A stretch of DNA of 64,000 bases from Gemmatimonadota bacterium (GTDB lineage Bacteria > Gemmatimonadota > Gemmatimonadetes > Gemmatimonadales > Gemmatimonadaceae): the NCBI GenBank assembly GCA_003134685.1, contig PLCA01000003.1:559123-623122 (forward strand). Reading direction: 5' to 3'. Below, in pieces: positions 35,627 to 43,874 of this stretch; the stretch's first letter is position 1, and each line of letters begins with the position of its first letter. Under the pieces are notes generated by a model. It searched no databases, was not told the origin of the DNA, and worked only from the letters and a program-made list of their open reading frames with translations. A program made the translations under genes and the position numbers.

Positions 35627-36595
35627 TCAGTTCCATCTAAACGAGCTACGAGCCCGCCAGTATTCGGTAGAGTCGATAGAAACCGAACGAAGCTTCTCAT
35701 CCAGTTCGGGATCGTAGGCGAGTTCCAGCGCGCCGACATTCGACTGGACCTGCCCGACCGTCGCTGCCCCGGTCAATACAATATCGGCCCATGGACGCGC
35801 GAGCGCGGCAGCTAGCGCAAGCGTTTCCACGGTCAAGCCCCGACTCTTGGCCAGCTCGCGAATTCGCGTGACGATCGGCGAGAAGAACGCGTCGTCGTCT
35901 CGATTTGCCTGAGTCAATCGCCCGTTGGCCAGAGACTCCTTCACGACGACCTTCATCCCCGCGGCGTGCGCTTCCTCGAGCGCTGACTCCGCCCCCCGCT
36001 CGAGAAGATTCCAGGTCGCCTGTACTGAATCGAATACCCGTTCGCCATCGCGACGCACTTCGAGAGACCGCCGAATGGCGACGTCCTGCCCCGCCCCGCT
36101 GACAGTCAGCCCCGCACTGATGCCTCGCTCACGCAATCGTGCAATCGCATCGATAAGCGCGTCGTCTTCCAGTGTCTTGCTCTCGGCGGTCACCGAGTGG
36201 ATCTGATAGAGCGAGAGATAAGGACCGAGTCGCTCGATGCTCTCATGGAGCTGGCGAAGGTAGGCCGCAAGCGAATGCTCCTTGACCTCGTGCTGCGTGG
36301 CGCTCGTCGACCAGCCGGCCGTGTAGGTATATCCCCACTTCGACGCTACCGAAATCTCACCGGGCTCGATCGCGCGCTTGCGCAGCCACGACGCCAGGAA
36401 ATCTTCCGCCCGGCCGTATGAGCGCGCCGCATCGATGTAGCGGGTTCCCGCCTCGAACGCCGCATCGAGAACATCGTGCGCGTGCAACTCCATGGTCGGC
36501 AGGTCGTAATGTCCGCCCAGATCGCTCGCATGATTCAACGTCACGTATCCGGGCCGGCCAAGTGCGGCAAGCCCGAGCCCAAGTCGCGCAGTCAT
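35627..36595 (-). CDS. Aldo/keto reductase
   Basis: LGLG, YIDAARSYG, SKWG, LYQIHS, QATWNLL motifs. Confidence 0.9.
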   Translation of the reverse strand: MTARLGLGLAALGRPGYVTLNHASDLGGHYDLPTMELHAHDVLDAAFEAGTRYIDAARSYGRAEDFLASWLRKRAIEPGEISVASKWGYTYTAGWSTSATQHEVKEHSLAAYLRQLHESIERLGPYLSLYQIHSVTAESKTLEDDALIDAIARLRERGISAGLTVSGAGQDVAIRRSLEVRRDGERVFDSVQATWNLLERGAESALEEAHAAGMKVVVKESLANGRLTQANRDDDAFFSPIVTRIRELAKSRGLTVETLALAAALARPWADIVLTGAATVGQVQSNVGALELAYDPELDEKLRSVSIDSTEYWRARSSFRWN

Positions 36596-36728
36596 TTGGT
36601 TGAAAGCTAGCCCCCGCTGGGCCGGCGAGGTTATCGAGCGGCGAGCGTGGATGCTGAGCCCAGGCGGCGTTACTTAGACCGCGCCGCCCGATCGAGCTTT
36701 TGATGATGAGCGCCTTGGATCGAGAGCA

Positions 36729-36824
36729 AACGGCTCGCTCTTGCCAGTGACGACGGTTTGGATCATACGTTCAAGAGAAGCAGCGCCCCGCTTCATCACC
36801 GCCTATCCTGCGAGTGCGTCATGA
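36729..36824 (+). pseudogene. C-terminal remnant of a DUF6883-like toxin
   Basis: VTTVWII.....PRFITAYP ending in an ATGA overlap with the DUF4926 gene; no start codon, with an upstream in-frame TAG at 36675. Confidence 0.5.
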
Positions 36825-37072
36825 TCTTCCGTGAGCTCGATACAGTAGTGCTTGAACGCGACGTCCCCGAGAATGGTCTTCGCAAGGGCGACATCGGTGC
36901 CGTCGTTCATATTCATGGGGACTCAACGCTCGATGTGGAGTTCGTCCGAGCGTCAGGTCAGACGCAGGCTCTGGTAAAATTGTCCCTGACGGATGTTCGG
37001 GCAGTGCAGGATGAAGACGTTCCCGCGGTGCGCCGCGACAGTGGCATCGCTCCGAAGCGAGGTGCGGCTTAG
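36821..37072 (+). CDS. DUF4926 domain protein
   Basis: FRELDTVVL.RDVPENGLRKGDIGAVVH...DVEF. Confidence 0.85.
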   Translation: MIFRELDTVVLERDVPENGLRKGDIGAVVHIHGDSTLDVEFVRASGQTQALVKLSLTDVRAVQDEDVPAVRRDSGIAPKRGAA

Positions 37073-37147
37073 CGAGTGGATCGTTTACTACGCTATTGCA
37101 CGAGCCAGCTCTCTCAGTAACAGCCCCGCTTCACGGATCTAACCACG

Positions 37148-37728
37148 AACTTATGACTACCGGCCGGGGGCTTTGGGCGGGCCGGCCAGGGGCTACGTGC
37201 GGGCTGTTTCTGCGCGCCGAGTTATGCCGGAGGGGGCAGGATTCTGATGTCGGTGTTCCGCGACGACTTGCTCAATCTGCATGTGTGTCCGATTTCAGGA
37301 AGCTTCACGTCTGGCAGAAGGCGCTTGCGCTCTCACTCAGTGTCGATCGAGTCTGTAAAAAGATTCGCGGCGCACAATACGCTTCGCTGCGGAGTCAGTT
37401 ATTTCGCGCAGCGACGTCCATCCCGGCGAACATCGCCGAGGGAAGACGGCAGGAGAGCGAGAAGGAATTCGCGCGGTTTCTGCGCTATGCGCTGAATTCC
37501 AGTTCGGAGCTGGAGTCCCACCTGATTCTGGCTCGAGGGTGCGAGGCGATTTCAGAGGCTGATTTTCGCTCGCTGGTCTCCCAGACGATCCGAGTGCGAA
37601 AAATGTTGTACGCCCTTCTGAAGTCTCTCTCCGTTAACGATCCCCCTGCGCCAGTTCGCGCGCACAAAACAGCCCGCCCGAAGCCCCCGGCCGGCCCGCC
37701 CACAGCCCCCGGCCGGTAGTCGTAAGTT
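37148..37728. mobile_element. Inverted-repeat-bounded four-helix-bundle cassette, copy 1
   Basis: Arms of about 70 bp starting AACTTA(T/C)GACTACCGGCCGGGGGCT, with 5 mismatches over the first 62 bp, enclose one gene; mobility is inferred. Confidence 0.6.
37285..37719 (+). CDS. Four helix bundle protein (TIGR02436 / 23S rRNA IVP-like)
   Basis: SDFRKLHVWQKA, QLFRAATSIPANIAEG, FLRYALNSSSELESHL; Pro-rich tail encoded by the right inverted repeat. Confidence 0.92.
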   Translation: MSDFRKLHVWQKALALSLSVDRVCKKIRGAQYASLRSQLFRAATSIPANIAEGRRQESEKEFARFLRYALNSSSELESHLILARGCEAISEADFRSLVSQTIRVRKMLYALLKSLSVNDPPAPVRAHKTARPKPPAGPPTAPGR

Positions 37729-37733
37729 GTAGT

Positions 37734-40376
37734 TCAACGGCTGCCCTGCGTTGCCGTCGCCTGCCCTCGAGCGAGCGCCCTCATGCGCGGATCTTTCATA
37801 CGCCACGCGAACTCGGGATCCTTCAGGTACGCAACTGGATAACCGTTCGCGCTGGTGAAACAGCGCCGGGCAAAAGGCACCATCGTTTCAGCGTCGCCCA
37901 GAAACCCGTACACGGCTGCCCTCGTGCACGACAACTGCACCGCCTCGACGCCTTTGGGATACATCGTGATAGTAGGACTCTCTCCGGCGTGTCGGAGCAA
38001 GTCCAGCGCGCCCTGACGATCGCCGAGCAATGCGGCGAGCCACGCCAGAACCTCATACTGTGTGCGCCTCACGAAGGCAGACTGATTCGGATCGTCCGCC
38101 ATCTGCTTCTCGAGGCGCCAGGCGGAATCCGCAAGCGTGCGGGCGCGGGCGTAGTCTCCGCGGCCCGCGAATAGCTCGGCCTTCTCGGCGTAGAAATTCA
38201 CGCTATCGAGCGCGGAGCCTGGTGCGAACGACGCCAGAGAGCCGGTGGCGAGCTCATTCTGAAGCGCTGCGTCACCGTTTCGCATGAACTCCCCATCCAC
38301 GGCACCCAGTCTGCCTCCGCGAGCTCTCAGCTCTCGCACTGCTCGCGCGACACCAGCCCTGTCGCCGAGCTTTTCGGCGAGGGTTGCGGCGTCGAAGATC
38401 GGGCCAAGAGCGGCGGGGTCGAGCGCGCGCTCACGCGCCACGAGATCCGCCGCGTCGCGGTACCGCCGGAGTGCCAGCGCGGTATTGAAGCCGGTCGCGA
38501 GAACCGGTTTAGAGCCTGGCGCCAGCAGAACGAGGCGCTTGGCAGCTTCCCACGCGCCGGCGGAATCACCGACGAATTGGAGTGCGCGCTGCTCGTAAGC
38601 CAGGAGCTCGATGCTCGAGGGGTTCTCTCGCACCGCCCGCCTGAGGATGGAGAGAGCCTCTGAGGGGCGGTCCAACCCACGAAACGCCACCGTTGCAACG
38701 GCATTGGCCTGGGTCGGATCCATTTCCAGAGCGCGCTGCGCGAGAAAGGAGGCCGAGTCGAGCATCTTGGTGCCTCGGGCATAAGACATCGTCGCCATGG
38801 TTTGCGCGGCAAGCCCGAGAGCATCCGCGTAACCCGCATCTCGCTGATACGCGTGCTCGAACTGACGCAACGCCTTCTCGTATTCCGCATATGACGCAGT
38901 CGTATTTTCCTCATTGATGCGCTTGCCACGGACGACGGCGGCGAAAGCACCGGTATCGCCCGTCGCGCGCATTTCCATCGTCGTTCGCTCGCGATCGATC
39001 ATCGCCACATCCAACGCCTCGGCAACCCGCGTCGCGACCCTTGCCTGGATGGTGAAAGGCTCAGCGGGCGACACGATCTCCGGCTCACCCGCCCAGCTCG
39101 TGGTGCCGTCGGACACGCGTATGAGTGAGGGGCTCACCCGCACCAGCGGCTGACCGTCAGCTCCCTTCGCCCAGCGCACCGATGCCCGCAACACGAAATC
39201 TGCGCCGAGGGATTTCCCCGCCTCTAGCGGACTCGTTCCCGGAGACGCGGCGAGCGACGAAACGCTTTTCCGGTCGATGACACTTAGTCCCCCCAGGCGC
39301 GCGAGCTTTCCCGTAACAGCGTCGCGCAGTCCGTCGGCGAAGCTCGAATCGGCGCCCGGCCCTTCTGTCTCGAACGGAAGCACTGCTATCAAGGGTGGTC
39401 TGGCCGACGCGGCTCGCGCGCGCCAGACCACTCCACCAACCAGCACCAGGGCAACGACGAGCGTTGCGATGAGAACGCCCCGGCGGCGCGAGGGCACATT
39501 GAGTTGAGGGAACCGCGTGGTCGATGGATCATTGAGTGCCGCGAGAAGCTCCGTTCCCGTGACGGGCCGCATCGCAGCGGTCTTCGACAGGCAGCGCATC
39601 ACCAGATCCGCGATATAACGTGGAACCCTCGAGTTGGTGCCCGTTATCGGAGGTGGTGTATCCGACATCTGCGCTGTCAGCAGGGCTTGCGGCGATGTCA
39701 TTTCGGCGAAGGGGTGTTTTCCCGAGATCAGCTCGTAGGCGACGACACCCCACGCATAGATGTCCGCTCGCTGGTCTGTTGCCGGGTCGGAGGCCGCCTG
39801 CTCGGGGGCCATGTACATGGGTGTTCCCACGTAGTCGCCCGGCTGCGTAATCTCAGCCCCTCCCTTCGCCCCTTCCTTCCGCGCCGCCTGAACTGCCTTC
39901 GCGATTCCAAAATCCGTGACGACCGCCGTGCCCTCGCTGAGCAGAACGTTCTCGGGCTTGATGTCACGATGCACGATGCCCTGTCGGTGCGCGTAGGCGA
40001 GAGCGCTGGCGACATCGCGCAGTACGCTCAGGCTCTCCTCGAGCGGAACCGGGCCCTTCAGGATGCGCATGCGCAGCGACTCCCCGCGCACGAACGGCAT
40101 CGTAAAGTATGGGAGCCCGCCCACCGTCTGACCGGCACTGAGTACCGGTACGATGTGCGGCTCCTGGAGCGCGGCCGCGAGCTTGATCTCCCGGGCGAAT
40201 CGTGCCGCCGAGAATTCGTAGGTGAGCTCCGGTGGCAGCACCTTCACGACGATTTCCCGGCCGAGCGATTCGTCGCGAGCCACGAACACGCGGGCCATTC
40301 CACCCGCGCGCAGCTCCCTCTTTATCGTATAGTTGCTCCCGAACGTCTGTTGGAGCTGATCGAAGAGGTCGTCCAA
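37734..40376 (-). CDS. Hanks-type Ser/Thr kinase with TM segment, TolB-N-like and TPR domains
   Basis: IVVKVL, HRDIKPEN, TDFGIAK, YMAPEQ, IAVLPFE. Confidence 0.93.
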   Translation of the reverse strand: MDDLFDQLQQTFGSNYTIKRELRAGGMARVFVARDESLGREIVVKVLPPELTYEFSAARFAREIKLAAALQEPHIVPVLSAGQTVGGLPYFTMPFVRGESLRMRILKGPVPLEESLSVLRDVASALAYAHRQGIVHRDIKPENVLLSEGTAVVTDFGIAKAVQAARKEGAKGGAEITQPGDYVGTPMYMAPEQAASDPATDQRADIYAWGVVAYELISGKHPFAEMTSPQALLTAQMSDTPPPITGTNSRVPRYIADLVMRCLSKTAAMRPVTGTELLAALNDPSTTRFPQLNVPSRRRGVLIATLVVALVLVGGVVWRARAASARPPLIAVLPFETEGPGADSSFADGLRDAVTGKLARLGGLSVIDRKSVSSLAASPGTSPLEAGKSLGADFVLRASVRWAKGADGQPLVRVSPSLIRVSDGTTSWAGEPEIVSPAEPFTIQARVATRVAEALDVAMIDRERTTMEMRATGDTGAFAAVVRGKRINEENTTASYAEYEKALRQFEHAYQRDAGYADALGLAAQTMATMSYARGTKMLDSASFLAQRALEMDPTQANAVATVAFRGLDRPSEALSILRRAVRENPSSIELLAYEQRALQFVGDSAGAWEAAKRLVLLAPGSKPVLATGFNTALALRRYRDAADLVARERALDPAALGPIFDAATLAEKLGDRAGVARAVRELRARGGRLGAVDGEFMRNGDAALQNELATGSLASFAPGSALDSVNFYAEKAELFAGRGDYARARTLADSAWRLEKQMADDPNQSAFVRRTQYEVLAWLAALLGDRQGALDLLRHAGESPTITMYPKGVEAVQLSCTRAAVYGFLGDAETMVPFARRCFTSANGYPVAYLKDPEFAWRMKDPRMRALARGQATATQGSR

Positions 40377-40620
40377 GGGTTCCTAAGCGCGGGCATCTAA
40401 TGTACGCCGCGAGAGCCCGGTCCAGCTACGCTAGCCGCCTGTAACCCAGTCACTAGCTGACTCCGTGCGGTTCGTGGTGCATGCTTCCGCCGGATACATC
40501 GCGCGGGGTCGGCACGGGGTATCCCCTTCGCGGCTACGCTCGCTTGGTCGGAGCCCCTAACTGCGCTCCCTCGCTCTGCTCGGTCGCGGGTCTCCTCCTC
40601 GCGCTCGCTTTGGAAAGCCG

Positions 40621-40886
40621 CTACGAGGACACCCCGCGCCTCCTGGGCGAGCACTCTTAACAGCACACGCCTCGAACTGCGAAGTCAACGCGGCCTCCGT
40701 GCGCGCAATCCGCGGCAGCGCGTGCTCGGCATTCTCCGCGCACGCACTTCGCGCGGGAGCGAAACTCGATGCAGGCTTTCGGGCGTGCGTGCGCGACCTG
40801 GTCGTAGTCACCGCGCCACCGACGCGGCGCAAGCGCCGCGCGCAGTTACGAACCCAGGGGGAAGGAGGGTGAGGGTGTCCTCGTAG
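40621..40886. repeat. Intergenic 14-bp inverted repeat enclosing about 240 bp
   Basis: CTACGAGGACACCC (40621-40634) and GGGTGTCCTCGTAG (40873-40886). Confidence 0.5.
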
Positions 40887-41043
40887 GCGACGACCCACGA
40901 GCGACAATCGGTGCGCCGACGCCGTCTAAGAGCGACTAATGCCTGGTTTCACGAAGATCGTATGGACAACCAACGAGCGAGAGCCCGGAGCCGAAGAGGA
41001 TACCCTCGCCCGACTGACCGGCGCAGACGTCGAGACTGCGCGA

Positions 41044-41799
41044 TTAGCCGCGCGCCTCGGCCGTCTGAAGAGCGTCGTCGAAGAGCCGCATCAACTTTTC
41101 GAATCCTCGTTCCGCGTTTTGCCGGTCATAGACGCGGCCGCCACGAATCATCCAGCCGTGCTTGGCATCGTACATCTCGCTCTCGTACTCGCCGCCCCTC
41201 GAGCGTAGCGCCCACTCGAATTTCTCGATCGCCTCGGCATTCATACTCTGGTCGTTGGTGGCGTGGCCGAAGTAAAGCCGCGCTTTCACGCGTGGCAGGA
41301 CGAGATGGGGGCTGTCGATGGTGTCGGTAAACAATCCGGCGCCGTGGAATGAAGCGGCAGCGGCGACGCGATCGGGACGCGCCGCCGCGACGAGCAGCGC
41401 GAACCTGCCGGAGAAGCAGAAGCCGATGACACCCATTGGTCCGCTGCCGACGAACGGCTGCGATGCCAGGAAATCGACGTACGCCGAGCCGTCGCGCTCC
41501 ATGGCGACCGGCTTGAGCGGACCCGTGAGCTCGCGGAATCGCTCGCGCGTGCGGTCATTACCGAAATCGGGCTCGAACGGAAAGACCGGCGACCTTGAAA
41601 TCCGGTAAAAGATATTGGGCGTGAGCACGACGTAGCCGCGCTCAGCGATGCGCTTCGACTGCTCGGCGAACGCGGGACGGAAGCCGAGTCCATCGGTGAG
41701 GTTGATAATGGCGGGAAGCGGGTCGGTGGATTCCGGACGTACGAGGAGTGCTTCGGTGACTCCGTCGGCGGCGGGAATCTCGAGGTTTTCCTGGATCAT
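41044..41799 (-). CDS. Dienelactone hydrolase family protein
   Basis: GFCFSG nucleophile (Cys), AAASFHG, HGW catalytic His. Confidence 0.9.
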   Translation of the reverse strand: MIQENLEIPAADGVTEALLVRPESTDPLPAIINLTDGLGFRPAFAEQSKRIAERGYVVLTPNIFYRISRSPVFPFEPDFGNDRTRERFRELTGPLKPVAMERDGSAYVDFLASQPFVGSGPMGVIGFCFSGRFALLVAAARPDRVAAAASFHGAGLFTDTIDSPHLVLPRVKARLYFGHATNDQSMNAEAIEKFEWALRSRGGEYESEMYDAKHGWMIRGGRVYDRQNAERGFEKLMRLFDDALQTAEARG

Positions 41800-41845
41800 G
41801 GGTTGGGGCGAGTTGGGTTGCTGCTAAAGTATGGCTAACGGATTT

Positions 41846-42473
41846 AACTGCAACGTATGACTACCGGCCGGGGGCTTTCGGCGGGACGGCTCTCGGCTGC
41901 GGGCTGGCTGCTTCTGCGCGCTGATTATGGATAGGGGGCGGGAGAAAGTGATGGCGGCTCTCCGCGATGCTTTTCTCATTTTCCTGTGTGTCCGATTTCA
42001 AGAAGCTGCACGTCTGGCAGAAGGCACACGCGCTCTCGCTCTGTGTCGATCGAGTCTGTAAGCAGATTCGCGGCAGTCGCTACGCTTCGCTGCGAAGTCA
42101 GCTCTTTCGCGCGGCGACGTCGATTCCCGCGAACATCGCCGAGGGAAGAAGGCATTGGATCCTCGAGCACGACGAGGAGCTGCGGAGAGCGAGAAGGAAT
42201 TCGCGCGGTTTCTGCGGTACGCGCTCAACTCGAGCTCAGAGTTGGAGTATCACCTGATTCTGGGTCACGACACCAAGGCGATTTCAGAGGACGACTTCCG
42301 CTCGCTAGTCACCCAGACAATACGAGTGCGAAAGATGTTGTATGCACTACTGAAGTGTCTCTCCAGTACCGATCGCACACCCCCTCCGCCAGCTTGCGCA
42401 CACAAAACAGCCCGCCCGGAGCCCAAGGCCGATCCGCCATCAGCCCCCGGCCGGTAGTCGTAAGTTCGCAGTT
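41846..42473. mobile_element. Inverted-repeat-bounded four-helix-bundle cassette, copy 2
   Basis: Perfect 18-bp core GACTACCGGCCGGGGGCT on both arms, with degenerate pairing beyond it; same architecture as copy 1. Confidence 0.6.
41988..42457 (+). pseudogene. Four helix bundle gene disrupted by a 29-nt insertion
   Basis: Relative to copy 1, 42155-42183 is extra and shifts the frame after NIAEGRR. Confidence 0.8.
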
Positions 42474-42683
42474 TCCCGGCCGGTAGGAACACCGATAAAC
42501 ATCTGGTGTATTGTATACCGAATCGGAGACAAGGACGTCTCCTTCGCACGCTCTACAACAATTTCCGACTCAGGCTCTCCGTCGCATTGCAACGGGATCT
42601 GGTCCAGCTACTGAAATCGTTGGTACCACGCTTGGTAGCAAGGATTTCCCGGATCAAAATCACTCTTGCTGGAGAACCGTTGC

Positions 42684-43829
42684 ATGGGCATTTCCGTCCA
42701 GCAGGCGATGCGGCGCTCCCCGCTGCCATTCGCCATTACACGTGGGGCTGAGCGCAAGCTCGTCTACGCCAACTCCGCCTTCTCCCGCCTGGCCGGCATC
42801 GCCAAGGGTGAGACGCCCGCAGTACCAATCGCCACCGTGTTCACCGGGACCGAGGGAGGAGCGCTGAGCGCGCTTCTCGATCGGGCGGCTCGCGATGGCG
42901 TCGAGCTATTGGATGAGCGCATCGACGCGTCGAGCGAGAGAGCGAGCGGCTGGCAATGCAGCGTGTGGCCCGTGATCACGGACGACGGGCGGGCCGATGC
43001 TCTCGGCATCGAGATTCGCGAGTCAAGCTCGCCCGACGGTGCCCTCGACCTACAGCGGCAGGTCGCCGAGCAGATGCTCCTCGGTGCGCTGCGCGAACGC
43101 AGTCTCGCCGACGATGCCGAGGCCGCGAACCGTGCGAAGACGGCGTTCCTCGGCGCGATGAGCCACGAGCTGCGCGCGCCACTCAATGCGATCGGCGGCT
43201 ATATCGAGCTCCTCGATCTGGGACTGCGGGGGCCCGTGACCGAGGATCAGCGCGCCGACTTCGCGCGCGTGAAAACCAATCAGCAGCACCTCGCCCTCCT
43301 CATCACTGAAGTCCTCAACTTCGCGCGAGCCGGAAGCGGCGGTGTGTCCTACGCCGTTAGCGACATCAATGGTTGTGACGCGCTCAGGCACGCCATCCAG
43401 CTGATCGAGCCACTCATCGCACAGAGAGGGCTCGTCTTCGACGGGATCTCGGGCGACTCCAGCATCGTCGCACGCGCGGATCCGGAAAAAGTGGCTCAGA
43501 TTCTGGTGAACCTTCTCTCCAACGCAATCAAATTCACACCGGCAGGCGGGCACATCAGTGCCGAGTGCGCGGCAGTGGATGACACCGTGACGCTGAGCAT
43601 CAGTGACACGGGGCCAGGAGTTCCAAGAGATAACTTCGGTGCCATCTTCGGGCGATTCGTTCAGTTGAAGGAGGGTCTCTCCGATCGAGAGGGCGGCGTC
43701 GGGTTGGGATTGGCGATAAGCCGCGACCTTGCCCGGGCGATGAACGGCGATCTCACCGTCGAGAGCACCGAAGGGAAAGGAGCGCGCTTTACCCTTTCTC
43801 TTCCGCGTGCGAGCGAACACACTCCATGA
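42684..43829 (+). CDS. Cytoplasmic PAS-like sensor histidine kinase
   Basis: SHELRAPL (H box), NLLSNAIKF (N box), DTGPG, GVGLGLAIS; start uncertain. Confidence 0.9.
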   Translation: MGISVQQAMRRSPLPFAITRGAERKLVYANSAFSRLAGIAKGETPAVPIATVFTGTEGGALSALLDRAARDGVELLDERIDASSERASGWQCSVWPVITDDGRADALGIEIRESSSPDGALDLQRQVAEQMLLGALRERSLADDAEAANRAKTAFLGAMSHELRAPLNAIGGYIELLDLGLRGPVTEDQRADFARVKTNQQHLALLITEVLNFARAGSGGVSYAVSDINGCDALRHAIQLIEPLIAQRGLVFDGISGDSSIVARADPEKVAQILVNLLSNAIKFTPAGGHISAECAAVDDTVTLSISDTGPGVPRDNFGAIFGRFVQLKEGLSDREGGVGLGLAISRDLARAMNGDLTVESTEGKGARFTLSLPRASEHTP

Positions 43830-43874
43830 TCGACGCCCGAATCGCGCACTCATCGGGTTGAAAACTGAGCCACT

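Noticed and set aside
10866-36824. Integron cassette array
   Set aside because: There are many small unrelated genes and TA loci, but orientations are mixed, I found no convincing RYYYAAC...GTTRRRY attC sites, and there is no integrase
37096-37284. N-terminal extension of the four-helix-bundle ORF
   Set aside because: It runs through the left inverted repeat; family similarity begins at GTG 37285
37148-42473. 23S rRNA intervening sequence or diversity-generating retroelement
   Set aside because: There is no rRNA sequence, reverse transcriptase or TR/VR pair around the four-helix-bundle genes
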